DNA from: an uncultured Bordetella sp.
GTDB lineage: Bacteria > Pseudomonadota > Gammaproteobacteria > Burkholderiales > Burkholderiaceae_A
Assembly (NCBI GenBank): GCA_964345065.1
Contig: CAYFPT010000001.1
Coordinates: forward strand, 1-48,059
Direction of reading: 5' to 3'
DNA: 48,059 bases
This document shows, piece by piece, positions 1-9,651 of the stretch. How positions within the stretch are numbered: the first letter of the stretch is position 1; each line of letters opens with the position of its first letter. A program made the translations under genes and the position numbers. The notes below the pieces were generated by a model. That model had not been told where the DNA came from and ran no database searches. It was given only the letters and a program-made list of their open reading frames with translations.

Positions 1-84
1 TCGGGGATGTTCTTCGGGCGAATCAGGCTGGAAGTGGCCACCAACATCAGATAAACTTTTGTCGTTTACACCATAGAGTGACCG

Positions 85-873
85 ATGAACTCTTTCAGAC
101 TCGCAGCCAATATCGACTGGCTCTGGAAGGAGCTGGCCGTTGAAATGAAATTAAGGTCGGCCCACCAAGCCGGATTCTCGTATATCGAATCCTTAAATCC
201 CTATGTCGAGCCAATTCAGAATTGGCAGCGATGGCTAAAGGAGAACAATCTCACGCTGATTCTCATAAATTCCCCTTCTGGAACAAGTTCAGATGCTGCT
301 GTCCGAGGGCTCGCTGCTGCAGTTGGCAAGCAGCAGGAATTTCGCGACACTTTTCAAAGGGCTATGGATTATGCTTCGGCGCTGGCCGTCCCGATGATCC
401 ACGTCACTGCCGGCCTTCGGGATCAAGGCCTCACGTTTGAGGTGCAGCAATCCTGCTATCGTGACAATTTGCGATGGGCCTGTGAGCTGATCGATTCGCT
501 AAATATTTGTCTTACGATCGAGCCACTGAGCCCGCGTGACTCACCGGGTGCTTTCATGGCAGATCTTCGTCACGCAAAAAATACGCTACAAGAAGTTGGC
601 CATCCTCGGTTAAAAATTCAGTTTGACCTTTATCACCAACAGATTTTGCATGGCGATATTATTTCTAATCTGCGATTCAATCTGCCGCAGATTGGGCATA
701 TTCAGGTCGCCGGTGTTCCAGACCGCGGCGAACCCGATCTGGGCGAGCTCAATTTTGATCGGATCGCTGCCGAACTGAATCGCCTGGGTTATGCAGGCTT
801 CGTGGGTTGTGAATATCGGCCTCAGACAACAGCAGAGGCCGGACTTAAATGGGCGAGCCGCTATCGGGGTTGA
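85..873 (+). CDS. Hydroxypyruvate isomerase family TIM-barrel protein (Hyi/OtnI-like)
   Basis: N-terminal LAANIDWLW, then IEPL, QFDLYHQQI, HIQVAGVPDRGEPD and GCEYRP motifs typical of Hyi/OtnI. Confidence 0.88.
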   Translation: MNSFRLAANIDWLWKELAVEMKLRSAHQAGFSYIESLNPYVEPIQNWQRWLKENNLTLILINSPSGTSSDAAVRGLAAAVGKQQEFRDTFQRAMDYASALAVPMIHVTAGLRDQGLTFEVQQSCYRDNLRWACELIDSLNICLTIEPLSPRDSPGAFMADLRHAKNTLQEVGHPRLKIQFDLYHQQILHGDIISNLRFNLPQIGHIQVAGVPDRGEPDLGELNFDRIAAELNRLGYAGFVGCEYRPQTTAEAGLKWASRYRG

Positions 874-889
874 TCGGTGCGGCGCATCC

Positions 890-1192
890 CTATTTTGTAG
901 CGTCGCCTGACTCCACGAGTACGTTCTCAACAACGCCAGCACCCGCCCGCCGAAAAGCCGCCGCGGCGACATATTCCGGTGATTCGAAACAGGCTTTTGC
1001 AGTCTCCAGGTCGGGAAATTCAATAACAACGAATCGGTGGAAATCTTTCGGCCCCTCCATGATCTCGTAGCGTCCGCCCCGGGCCAGCACTTTCCCACCA
1101 AACTTCGCGACAATTGCCGGCACTTGATCAGTGTATTTTTTGTACTCCACCGGATCATGGATTCGTGATCGCGCTAGCCAATAAGCGGCCAT
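890..1192 (-). CDS. DUF1330 family protein
   Basis: Start moved to ATG 1192 (AAGGAG upstream). MAAYWLA..EYKKY..FGGKVLARGG..VVIEFPD..SPEY pattern. Confidence 0.88.
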   Translation of the reverse strand: MAAYWLARSRIHDPVEYKKYTDQVPAIVAKFGGKVLARGGRYEIMEGPKDFHRFVVIEFPDLETAKACFESPEYVAAAAFRRAGAGVVENVLVESGDATK

Positions 1193-1235
1193 GTGGGTCT
1201 CCTTGGAAAGAACAGCCGTTGGGGGCGATACATTT

Positions 1236-2603
1236 TCAACCGCCTGACGCAAGTGTTGTCCCAAGATTGGGCAGCCAGGTTGCGATCTGCGGAAAAATAA
1301 TAATCAATATGATCGAGATCAGCAGCATAATCCAGTAGGGGATCGCGCCCTTAAAAATCTCACCGGTATACAGATTTTTTTCATCTGGAAGTGCCGCCTT
1401 GACAGTAAAGACGAGTATGCCGAAAGGCGGTGTAAGCAGTCCGGTTTCAATTGCGATGATTCCAATGATGGCAAAGGCCAGAGGATCAAAGCCAAGGCCC
1501 ATGGCGATGGGTGCAAATACCGGCACGGTCAACAGAATGATCGAAATCGAATCAATGAGGCAGCCAAGAATAAACCAGATCAAAATCATTAACGCCAAGA
1601 TCTCGTAGGGCGAGAGCCCCGAGGCACTAAACAGCTGCTGCACAGCACCCGTGACCCCAGTGGTTGAGAGTACTCGCGCATAGAGCTGGGCAGTCACAAG
1701 CAAAAGAAGTAACGGCGCCGAGGTCTTACCGACCGATAAGATGGCCTGAATTAATTCCGATCTGCGCATTCCCTTGTAGAGGGCCAAGGCCAAGGCGAGC
1801 GCTGTGCCTACACCCGCCCCCTCCGTTGGTGTAAAGAACCCTAGCCAGATGCCACCGAGCACGAGCCCAATCAGCAAAAATACGGATACCGCATTCAGCA
1901 TCAAGGCGGACAGCGATGGCTCATTGCCGTCAGATTGCTGTTTCAGTTTTGCATCCTGCTCGGCTGCTGCGTATCCCTCACCGACGATCTTTGGGCGAAA
2001 GATTGCAACAACGACAATATAGGCGGTAAAGATTGTGGCCACCATGATGCCGGGTACAATTCCGGCAATAAAGAGACGACCGATCGCGGTCTCAGTGATC
2101 ACCCCCCAAACAATCATTAATACCGAGGGCGGGATCAGCATCCCAAGGCAGGCACTTCCACTGATACAGCCCAGAGAAAATTGCCGGCTGTAACGGAAAC
2201 GCTTCATTTCGGGATATGCAATTCTCGAAAATGCCGCTGCCGCCGCAATTGATACGCCGGTTACAAAGGCAAACAGCGCATTACTGGCGACCGTGGCGAC
2301 GGCGAGCCGGCCGGGCAGCCAGCGAAAAAAACGGTTGGTGAGTTCGAAGAGATCGCGTGCAGCACCGCATTTCGCCATGAATTCACCCATGAGCATAAAA
2401 AGCGGAATGACCGCAAAGACGTAGTCGCGAAGCGCTTCGTAGGCAGTATTCGAGGCAAATGAGATAACGGGATCAATCTCACCGGTGACGAGATAGATCC
2501 CGAGAAGGCTCGCCACCCCAAGAGAAATCGCGATGTGAACCCCGGATAGCACCATAACCAGCAATGCACCGATCAGAATGCCCATCTGAAGAAGATCAAA
2601 CAT
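1236..2603 (-). CDS. TRAP transporter large permease (DctM family)
   Basis: Polytopic hydrophobic protein with IPLFMLMG, LGMLIPPS, FTPTEGA and TPPFG motifs. Confidence 0.93.
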   Translation of the reverse strand: MFDLLQMGILIGALLVMVLSGVHIAISLGVASLLGIYLVTGEIDPVISFASNTAYEALRDYVFAVIPLFMLMGEFMAKCGAARDLFELTNRFFRWLPGRLAVATVASNALFAFVTGVSIAAAAAFSRIAYPEMKRFRYSRQFSLGCISGSACLGMLIPPSVLMIVWGVITETAIGRLFIAGIVPGIMVATIFTAYIVVVAIFRPKIVGEGYAAAEQDAKLKQQSDGNEPSLSALMLNAVSVFLLIGLVLGGIWLGFFTPTEGAGVGTALALALALYKGMRRSELIQAILSVGKTSAPLLLLLVTAQLYARVLSTTGVTGAVQQLFSASGLSPYEILALMILIWFILGCLIDSISIILLTVPVFAPIAMGLGFDPLAFAIIGIIAIETGLLTPPFGILVFTVKAALPDEKNLYTGEIFKGAIPYWIMLLISIILIIIFPQIATWLPNLGTTLASGG

Positions 2604-2661
2604 TAGGTATCAGCTTGTGTGGATACGGCTTAAATGCCAATGGATAACCTGGAACCAGGTC

Positions 2662-3171
2662 CTAGTGGGAAACACCCAGCTCATCGCTGTTTAGTTTCCC
2701 TCGAATCACCTGCATCAGAATAATCAGGTAATTGATGGTTGCTAAAAGTGAACCCATCACGATTACAAACTTGGCTGGCCATACGGGCACCCGAAGCGCG
2801 CCTTCACCCTCGTATTCATTTGATGTCCAGGCATAGAGCGCACCATCAACGCTTCCGTAAAAAATCACGGAAAAAAATAACACTCCGAGGAGCGCCGCAA
2901 TTACATTGAGCACACGGTTAACGGAATCTGGAAGTCGGCTGGTCAGCGCTTCAACACGCAGCATCCCCCCAGACCGAATCGCATAGCCGGTCTGCAGATA
3001 ACAGATCAGGACAATCGAGAGCGAGATAATCTCCGGCGTGCCTTTTACCGGGTGATTGAAGATTACCCGGCCCAGGACATCGGCAACCACCAGAAAACAC
3101 AGCAGAAAGGCCAGCACCGCAGCCAGCACCATGAGGGTGCGGGCTAGCCGATCCACGAAGGCGACAAACAC
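2662..3171 (-). CDS. TRAP transporter small permease (DctQ family)
   Basis: About 4 TM segments, DVLGR..P..G.PEI pattern, located between dctP and dctM. Confidence 0.9.
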   Translation of the reverse strand: MFVAFVDRLARTLMVLAAVLAFLLCFLVVADVLGRVIFNHPVKGTPEIISLSIVLICYLQTGYAIRSGGMLRVEALTSRLPDSVNRVLNVIAALLGVLFFSVIFYGSVDGALYAWTSNEYEGEGALRVPVWPAKFVIVMGSLLATINYLIILMQVIRGKLNSDELGVSH

Positions 3172-3214
3172 GATCGATCGCTTGTGTTATCGAGTTGTAC
3201 TTGTGTCTCGCGTT

Positions 3215-4282
3215 TTATTTGATCTCGTAGCGCACCGGCCATTTGTGGCCCATGGCTTCGGCTTCTTTCAGGGTGATCTGAAGGGTCTTGGTTCCCGGAA
3301 AGCCACGGCTATCAAGATCTTTTGCCATCTGTTGTGGCCAGTCCTTCAGTGACATTGCCCAGTCTCTCTGGACCGAATCAGGCACTTTCGTGACGTTGAC
3401 GCCGAGCTCAGCGAGTGCCTTCAGTTGCTTAGGATAGTTCTCCTTGTTGACTTTGCCAGTGAGCGCTTCGTACTCACGGCCAACCTCGACAAGAATCGCC
3501 TGAACATCCTTTGGTAGACGAGAAAACTTTTTGGTATTGATGGTCAATCCATGCCAGGTAATCGATCCGAAACCGACTTCCGCATAATGTTTTGCCACCT
3601 CGTTGAGCTTAAAGTTGACCCATCCCGAGGGGAACATGATCCAGCCGTTGTAGACCCCGGTCTGCATCGAGGTATAGGCCTCTGGCAAGGAAGACTGCAC
3701 GGGGGTGGCACCTGCAAACTCTAGCCACTTCAGATTTAAGCCAGCACCAGCAATTTTTTGTCCCTTGAGTTCCGATACATTTTTCCAGGCGAAGGTCGTG
3801 CCGAGGTTGTAGCCATTATCGGCAATGAGTCCAAGAAGTTTTTGGCCGTATTTCTGCTCAAAAATATTGCCCAGCTCGGGCACCTGGTCGTAGACACGGC
3901 GTGTGAGTTTCACGCTCATCTCTGGATCCATCGTGCCAAACGGGAGCATGATTTGAAAGGCATTCAGGGGCAGGTTAGCCGGCTCGAAACAAAAACAGTA
4001 GCCGCCGATATCGATCAGGCCCGACTGGACCCCCTCGAGTGTATCGGCCACCTTGACCATCGAGCCGCCGTAGCCCTCGACAAATTCAACCTTGTGCTTC
4101 GTGCGCTCGGCGACCCGTTTGGTAACCTCAGGCACAAAAAAGTTCTGCATCAGATTGACATAGGTGTTTGCGGCGGGATGGCCAGAGGCGATCCTGAGCT
4201 TGATTTCTTCGGCCAGCGCTGCGCCTGAGCTTGCCAGGGTCAGCAGGGCGGAAAAAAGCAGGGGTTTGAAAACTTGCTTCAT
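3215..4282 (-). CDS. TRAP substrate-binding protein (DctP family)
   Basis: Signal peptide ending ALA-EE, EAYTSMQTGVYNG, LPKDVQAIL; AAAGGAG RBS. Confidence 0.9.
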   Translation of the reverse strand: MKQVFKPLLFSALLTLASSGAALAEEIKLRIASGHPAANTYVNLMQNFFVPEVTKRVAERTKHKVEFVEGYGGSMVKVADTLEGVQSGLIDIGGYCFCFEPANLPLNAFQIMLPFGTMDPEMSVKLTRRVYDQVPELGNIFEQKYGQKLLGLIADNGYNLGTTFAWKNVSELKGQKIAGAGLNLKWLEFAGATPVQSSLPEAYTSMQTGVYNGWIMFPSGWVNFKLNEVAKHYAEVGFGSITWHGLTINTKKFSRLPKDVQAILVEVGREYEALTGKVNKENYPKQLKALAELGVNVTKVPDSVQRDWAMSLKDWPQQMAKDLDSRGFPGTKTLQITLKEAEAMGHKWPVRYEIK

Positions 4283-4340
4283 GACAGATGTCTCCTTTTA
4301 ATTAGATCTATTGTGATAACGGCCGACCGGGATCGGGGCC

Positions 4341-5327
4341 TCAGGCTGGAATAATCACTGACGAGCCTGACGTCAGGCCGGACTGCAGATCACGATGGGC
4401 CTTGACCACATCGCTGATGGGGTATCGCTGGTTGATCGATACTTTCAGTACGCCACGCATGAGTTGATCAAATACCAGCTTGGCAGATTCTCTGAGCTCC
4501 TGGGTATCGGCTGTATACGTCACCAGCGTGGGGCGGGTGAAGTACAGCGATCCTTGCTTTTGCAGCATCGCCCCGGTGACAGGCGGGGGGTGTCCGGTGG
4601 TCTGCCCAAACGAGACAAAGAACCCCCTCGGCGCCAGGCTATTAAACGAGGCCTCGAAACTATCCTTGCCGACGGAATCAAACACGACCGCCACGCCTTT
4701 GCCGCCGGTTAACTCTCTGGTGCGGGCGGCGATGTCGTCGGACTTGCGATCCAGGCATACCTCATAGCCATTGTGTCGCGCCAGATCACACTTCTGCGGA
4801 CCACCCGCCACTCCAATCATGCGGGCGCCAAGATGCTTGCCCCATTGCCCGGCAAGCAAGCCAACGCCGCCGGCAGCAGCATGAAAAAGCACGGCCTGGC
4901 CGGCCTTGACCGGGTAGCAGCGGTGCATCAGATACTCGACCGTCATCCCCTTCAAAAGAATGGCTGCAGCCTGGTCATCCTGCACTCCCTTCGGGGTATG
5001 CAGGAGTCGTGCCGCAGGAAAATTCCTGTGGGTTGAGTAAGCCTCGAATACTGGCCCACTCGCATAGCAGACCCGATCACCTTCTTTAAAGTCTGTCACG
5101 CCAGCGCCCACCTTCTCGACCACGCCGGCTGCCTCGTTGCCGAGACCGAAGGGGGTTGGGCCCGGGTACAGTCCGCTGCGCATATAGATGTCTTGAAAAT
5201 TCAATCCGATCGCGGTGTGGCGAAGGGTCACTTCTCCGGGCCCGGGATCGGGCAGTGTCGCCTCCTCGAGTTTGATGGCCTCCGGCTCACCGGGCGTGTA
5301 AACGCGTGCAACGATTCGTTTAGTCAT
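4341..5327 (-). CDS. NADPH:quinone oxidoreductase (Qor/zeta-crystallin MDR family)
   Basis: IGLNFQD, GNEAAG, HAAAGGVG, VFDSVG and GSLYFTRPTL motifs. Confidence 0.92.
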   Translation of the reverse strand: MTKRIVARVYTPGEPEAIKLEEATLPDPGPGEVTLRHTAIGLNFQDIYMRSGLYPGPTPFGLGNEAAGVVEKVGAGVTDFKEGDRVCYASGPVFEAYSTHRNFPAARLLHTPKGVQDDQAAAILLKGMTVEYLMHRCYPVKAGQAVLFHAAAGGVGLLAGQWGKHLGARMIGVAGGPQKCDLARHNGYEVCLDRKSDDIAARTRELTGGKGVAVVFDSVGKDSFEASFNSLAPRGFFVSFGQTTGHPPPVTGAMLQKQGSLYFTRPTLVTYTADTQELRESAKLVFDQLMRGVLKVSINQRYPISDVVKAHRDLQSGLTSGSSVIIPA

Positions 5328-5890
5328 GATGCGACCTTATCTTGATCTTTGTTGAGGTATTGATCGTTGAAACGCGAGTCTTTAAATACTTCAGCGACTG
5401 ATTTTTCGTTTTGACCATCATCGGTCCACTCTGGGACACGGCCGAGGGCTACCGCCTCGTGCCAAGGAAAATTTAATTCGACTTTGATTCCATTAATGGG
5501 CTCTCGCATGAACAGCTGATAAAGATGAGAGTTGTGGGCCTTGCGTTCGCTGAATTCGACCCCTCGGCTTGTAAGATGATCGATGAAGCCCTTGAGGCCA
5601 TCGCAGTTGATGCAGAGATGATCAATGCGTCCCGATCCCATCGCGCCTGCCGCGGAGAAATCATCGGTTGTTTTGTCGGTCGGTGCTTTCAGGTAGGTAT
5701 CCTGATGGCTGGAATGCCGGGCTTTGCCGATATGAATTACATCCTGGTCGCCAATGTAGAGCCAGTGAACGGGAAAGCCGAATTCGGGATGGTCACCTTC
5801 CCGAAAGCCGAGATTTTCGCAGAACCAGTCGCGGGTTCCCTCAGGATCATGGGTCAGAATGAGGAGGTGCTCAAGAAATCGAAGCGCCAT
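5324..5890 (-). CDS. VOC (glyoxalase/bleomycin resistance/extradiol dioxygenase) family protein
   Basis: Start moved to ATG 5890 (AGGAG RBS). LEH..VIH..IDH..KVE candidate metal ligands. 4-bp overlap with qor. Confidence 0.82.
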   Translation of the reverse strand: MALRFLEHLLILTHDPEGTRDWFCENLGFREGDHPEFGFPVHWLYIGDQDVIHIGKARHSSHQDTYLKAPTDKTTDDFSAAGAMGSGRIDHLCINCDGLKGFIDHLTSRGVEFSERKAHNSHLYQLFMREPINGIKVELNFPWHEAVALGRVPEWTDDGQNEKSVAEVFKDSRFNDQYLNKDQDKVAS

Positions 5891-5940
5891 TTGGACTCCT
5901 GTAAAAATTGACATCCTTGGGCGGACATCATGCTCTTTTG

Positions 5941-5956
5941 TTGATCAGTTGATTAA
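5941..5956. promoter_or_regulatory. Palindromic operator candidate TTGATC-AGTT-GATTAA
   Basis: Intergenic, about 50 bp upstream of the VOC-qor-TRAP operon; matches the sites at 15120 and 29628. Confidence 0.6.
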
Positions 5957-5968
5957 GTTGGAAGGGTA

Positions 5969-7042
5969 TCAGTGCCCCCGGCGACTTGGAAGAGGCGCAA
6001 TCCCGAGGTCGGTGGCGATACGATCGAGTTCGTCCACAATGCCGGACGATAAGGGGATACCCTGATCACGATAATGCTGCCGACGCGCATTGCTCTGCTC
6101 TCCCGGCAGCCAGATCCGATCGGTAGATGGAAGCTTGGCGCTGTCACGAATCTCAGAGGCGAGCTGGTCGATGCGATGCCGCAACGCGTCAATATCACCA
6201 AAGGCGGCAGGATCAATGGCACAGATGGACTGGCCGGTGTTGGTGATTGATTTGCTATCGGCATTAAAGTCAATGACTTGGCGGCCCATTGCAGCGTTAT
6301 TCAGGCTTCCTGCCAGCATGCCAACCACCAGGGCGAGGCCATATCCCTTGTAGCCACCGATGGGCAGCAAGAAACCCTCTTCAGCACGTTTCGGGTCAAG
6401 CAAGGGGCGCCCCTGCCGGTCGATCATCCATCCCTCGGGCATCATCTCGCCCTTGCGTGCCTTTGCCTTGACCTTGCCATAGGCGGCAACGGTGGTCGCC
6501 ATATCGAGCACGATTGGGCCCTCCCGGTGGCCCCGCGGGAAGGCGATCGCGATGGGGTTGGTTGACAGCAGCATGTCCATCCCACCCCAAGGGGGGAGAT
6601 GGTTGGCATTTCCCACCGCGTAGTAAATGCCGATGAGATGTTGTTCCGCCAGGGCCCGAACATAGAGTGAAGCCGGGCCCGCATGATTGCTCATGCGCGT
6701 GCCGACCCAGGCGACACCCGCGGCGCGGGCCTTCTGGGCGGCGATCTCGACCGCCCTTGAGACCACGACATGCCCCATACCATTATCGCCATCGAGCAGC
6801 GCCATGGCGGCGCGTTCCTGCACGACGCGAACCGTCGGCCGGATATTCACGCCTCCCGAACGGATGCGCTTCAGATATTGGCCGAGCCGAATGACCCCGT
6901 GGCCATCCGAACCCTGAAGATCGGCCTCCGCCATCAGCCGAGAGATGGTCTGAATATCCTGCGCCGGCAGGCCCTGGGTCTCAAACGCTTGTGCAATAAA
7001 CGCCTGCAGCTGTTCGAAGGAAACGGTTCGCCCATCAGACAT
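5969..7042 (-). CDS. Ldh_2 family oxidoreductase (malate/L-lactate/ureidoglycolate/sulfolactate dehydrogenase-like)
   Basis: Start moved to ATG 7042 (AAGGAG). DGHGV.R, DGDNGMG, SNHAG, TNPIA, LDMAT and GYKGYGL motifs. Confidence 0.9.
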   Translation of the reverse strand: MSDGRTVSFEQLQAFIAQAFETQGLPAQDIQTISRLMAEADLQGSDGHGVIRLGQYLKRIRSGGVNIRPTVRVVQERAAMALLDGDNGMGHVVVSRAVEIAAQKARAAGVAWVGTRMSNHAGPASLYVRALAEQHLIGIYYAVGNANHLPPWGGMDMLLSTNPIAIAFPRGHREGPIVLDMATTVAAYGKVKAKARKGEMMPEGWMIDRQGRPLLDPKRAEEGFLLPIGGYKGYGLALVVGMLAGSLNNAAMGRQVIDFNADSKSITNTGQSICAIDPAAFGDIDALRHRIDQLASEIRDSAKLPSTDRIWLPGEQSNARRQHYRDQGIPLSSGIVDELDRIATDLGIAPLPSRRGH

Positions 7043-7154
7043 CGGATTTTCTCCTTGACTTTCCACGGTTGTCAGATGGGAATTATTTTAGACGCTAAAC
7101 TTGCACCTGCTTTTTATCGAGTCTTGTCATAACGAATGAGAGGATCCGCTGGTC

Positions 7155-7913
7155 ATGGCTTTATCTTCAAAAACTGCACTCGTCACCGGAGGGGGCACCG
7201 GCATTGGTCGATCCAGTGCATTAGCGCTGCAGAAGGCAGGCTATCAGGTCATTGTTACCGGTCGCCGCCAAGAGCTGCTCGACGAAACTCTCCGCCTCGG
7301 CTCCTCGGGCGGCCTTCCAATATTTGCGCGGGCAGCGGATGTCAGCCAAGGCCAGGCCGTGCGAGCGCTTTTCGCTGACATTGAGAATCGCTTCGGACGG
7401 CTCGATGTTCTCTTTAACAACGCAGGCATGGGTGCGCCACGTGTCCCCCTCGAGGAACTCACAGAGGAGGATTGGCGCAGAGTCGTGGATGTGAATCTCA
7501 CCGGCTCTTTTTTGTGCGCGCAGGCGGCCTTTGCGCTGATGAAAAAGCAGTCGCCCCAAGGTGGGCGCATCATTAACAATGGTTCGATTTCTGCCCACTC
7601 GCCCCGCCCGAACACCATCGCCTACACCGCGACTAAGCATGCGATCACCGGCCTGACCAAGTCCCTTTCCTTGGACGGTCGGGCCTACCGGATTGCGGCC
7701 TCGCAGATTGATATCGGAAATGCGGACACTGCAATCGGCGAGCGTTTTAAAGCGGGGGTGCCACAGGCCAGCGGGCAGATCATGGTTGAGCCGGTGATCG
7801 ATGCAGCACACTGCGGTGACGCGGTGGTGTACATGGCCTCGCTGCCGCTTGAGGCCAATGTCCTGACCATGACCCTAATGGCGACCAACATGCCGTTCGT
7901 TGGCAGGGGGTGA
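7155..7913 (+). CDS. Short-chain dehydrogenase/reductase (SDR)
   Basis: [13 protein letters not shown] and catalytic YTATK (YxxxK). Confidence 0.93.
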   Translation: MALSSKTALVTGGGTGIGRSSALALQKAGYQVIVTGRRQELLDETLRLGSSGGLPIFARAADVSQGQAVRALFADIENRFGRLDVLFNNAGMGAPRVPLEELTEEDWRRVVDVNLTGSFLCAQAAFALMKKQSPQGGRIINNGSISAHSPRPNTIAYTATKHAITGLTKSLSLDGRAYRIAASQIDIGNADTAIGERFKAGVPQASGQIMVEPVIDAAHCGDAVVYMASLPLEANVLTMTLMATNMPFVGRG

Positions 7914-7914
7914 C

Positions 7915-9636
7915 GTGCCCTCCAGCCATAAAAAACCCACAAAGGGCCTATCGGTCGGCACCGTCAACTATGGCGACCGCGAGTTCGCTTTATTTCTTCG
8001 GCGTGCATTCATTAAGGGGGCGGGACTCTCTGACGAGGATCTATCCAAACCAATCGTTGCGATTGCAAATACCGGAAGTGACTACAACCCTTGTCATGGT
8101 AATGCCCCTCAGCTGATTGAGGCGGTCAAGCGCGGGGTCATGATGCAGGGCGCCCTGCCGGTTGTTTTTCCGACAGTCTCGCTGCATGAGTCGTTTGCAG
8201 CGCCTACCAGTCTTTTTCTTCGCAATCTTATGTCCATTGATACCGAAGAGATGATCAAGGCGCAGCCGATGGACGCGGTCGTATTGATTGGTGGATGCGA
8301 TAAGACGATTCCAGCCCAGGTAATGGGCGCACTCTCTGCGGAAAAACCTTTCGTGGTTCTGCCCACAGGGCCGATGCTTTCATCGCGCTGGCGGGGAGAG
8401 CGGGTTGGCGCGTGCACGGACTGCCGCAGGCTGTGGGCTGATTTCCGGGCCGGACGATTAACCCAAGCGCAAATTGACGACGCAAACAATCATTTGGTGC
8501 CCTCGGTTGGCACCTGCTCGGTGATGGGAACCGCAAGCACGATGGCCTGCATTGTTGAGTCAATGGGCCTGACCGTGCCCGGGGCGGCCAGTGCCCCCGC
8601 CGTGTCGGCTGATCGAATTCGGATTGCAGAACGCTCGGGTTACGCCGCGGCACGGCTTGCAAAGGGCGAAGTCAGTATGCCCAGTTTGAGCGAAGCGCAG
8701 GTTCACAATGCACTCGCGGTCTTGCTGGCCATCGGTGGATCGACCAACGCATTGGTGCATCTTGCAGCCATCTTTGGGCGCAGCGGGTTGCGTTTTTTGC
8801 CCGAGCAGTTCAATGAACTCGCCGAAAGAATTCCGGTTTTGGTCGATCTAAAGCCCAGCGGTGAGGGCTATATGCCCGACTTTCATGAGGCCGGGGGTCT
8901 GACGCGTGTTTTGGCGGAGCTTTCTGATCTTCTTAAGCTGGATTTTTCTACGGTCTATGGCGATAGTCTGCGACAGCGCATCGAAAAAATTGATTCCGAC
9001 GAAGGCAGCAGCATCATTCGCAGCCGGCGTGATCCGATTTATCCGCGCGGTGGCTTGCGTTGGCTGAGCGGCAATCTGGCGCCCCGGGGTGCAGTGATCA
9101 AGCCCGTTGCAGCAAGCCAGAGCCTGCTGGAGCATACCGGTCGGGCGGTGGTCTTTGAGGGCCTCGAGGATATGGCGCTGCGACTGGACGACCCCAATCT
9201 TGACGTGCAGGCCAGTGATGTACTGGTGTTGAGGGGCATTGGGCCGAAGGCGGCGGGAATGCCCGAGGCGGGACTCATTCCAATTCCGAAAAAGCTCGCC
9301 GCCCAGGGCGTGCGGGACATGGTGCGCATCTCTGATGGCCGCATGAGTGGCACCGCCTACGGCACGATCGTGCTGCACATCAGCCCTGAAGCAGCAGATG
9401 GCGGGCCACTGAGTCTCGTTCGTACCGGAGACGCCATTCGATTAAGCGTAAAAAATTCAGAACTCAGCCTGCTTGTGGACGACCAGACTCTGGAAAAAAG
9501 ACAGAGGGAGTCGCTTCATAAGACCTTGCCGTCTCTCTTACAGGATCGGGGCTATGCTCGGCTGCATGTTCAGGAAGTCCTGCAGGCCGAAGAGGGATGC
9601 GACTTTCGGTTTCTTCAGAAGAAACCTTCTTTGTGA
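7915..9636 (+). CDS. IlvD/Edd family [2Fe-2S] dehydratase (probably sugar-acid/dihydroxy-acid type)
   Basis: NPCH, GGCDKT and GTC Cys ligands; GGSTN; SDGRMSGT. Start set at GTG 7915 (ORF open from 7900). Confidence 0.9.
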   Translation: MPSSHKKPTKGLSVGTVNYGDREFALFLRRAFIKGAGLSDEDLSKPIVAIANTGSDYNPCHGNAPQLIEAVKRGVMMQGALPVVFPTVSLHESFAAPTSLFLRNLMSIDTEEMIKAQPMDAVVLIGGCDKTIPAQVMGALSAEKPFVVLPTGPMLSSRWRGERVGACTDCRRLWADFRAGRLTQAQIDDANNHLVPSVGTCSVMGTASTMACIVESMGLTVPGAASAPAVSADRIRIAERSGYAAARLAKGEVSMPSLSEAQVHNALAVLLAIGGSTNALVHLAAIFGRSGLRFLPEQFNELAERIPVLVDLKPSGEGYMPDFHEAGGLTRVLAELSDLLKLDFSTVYGDSLRQRIEKIDSDEGSSIIRSRRDPIYPRGGLRWLSGNLAPRGAVIKPVAASQSLLEHTGRAVVFEGLEDMALRLDDPNLDVQASDVLVLRGIGPKAAGMPEAGLIPIPKKLAAQGVRDMVRISDGRMSGTAYGTIVLHISPEAADGGPLSLVRTGDAIRLSVKNSELSLLVDDQTLEKRQRESLHKTLPSLLQDRGYARLHVQEVLQAEEGCDFRFLQKKPSL

Positions 9637-9651
9637 CGGCGGGTGAAGGCC

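Noticed and set aside
7915..9636. Assigning gene symbol ilvD
   Set aside because: The family is clear, but the context is catabolic and the substrate cannot be determined from motifs.
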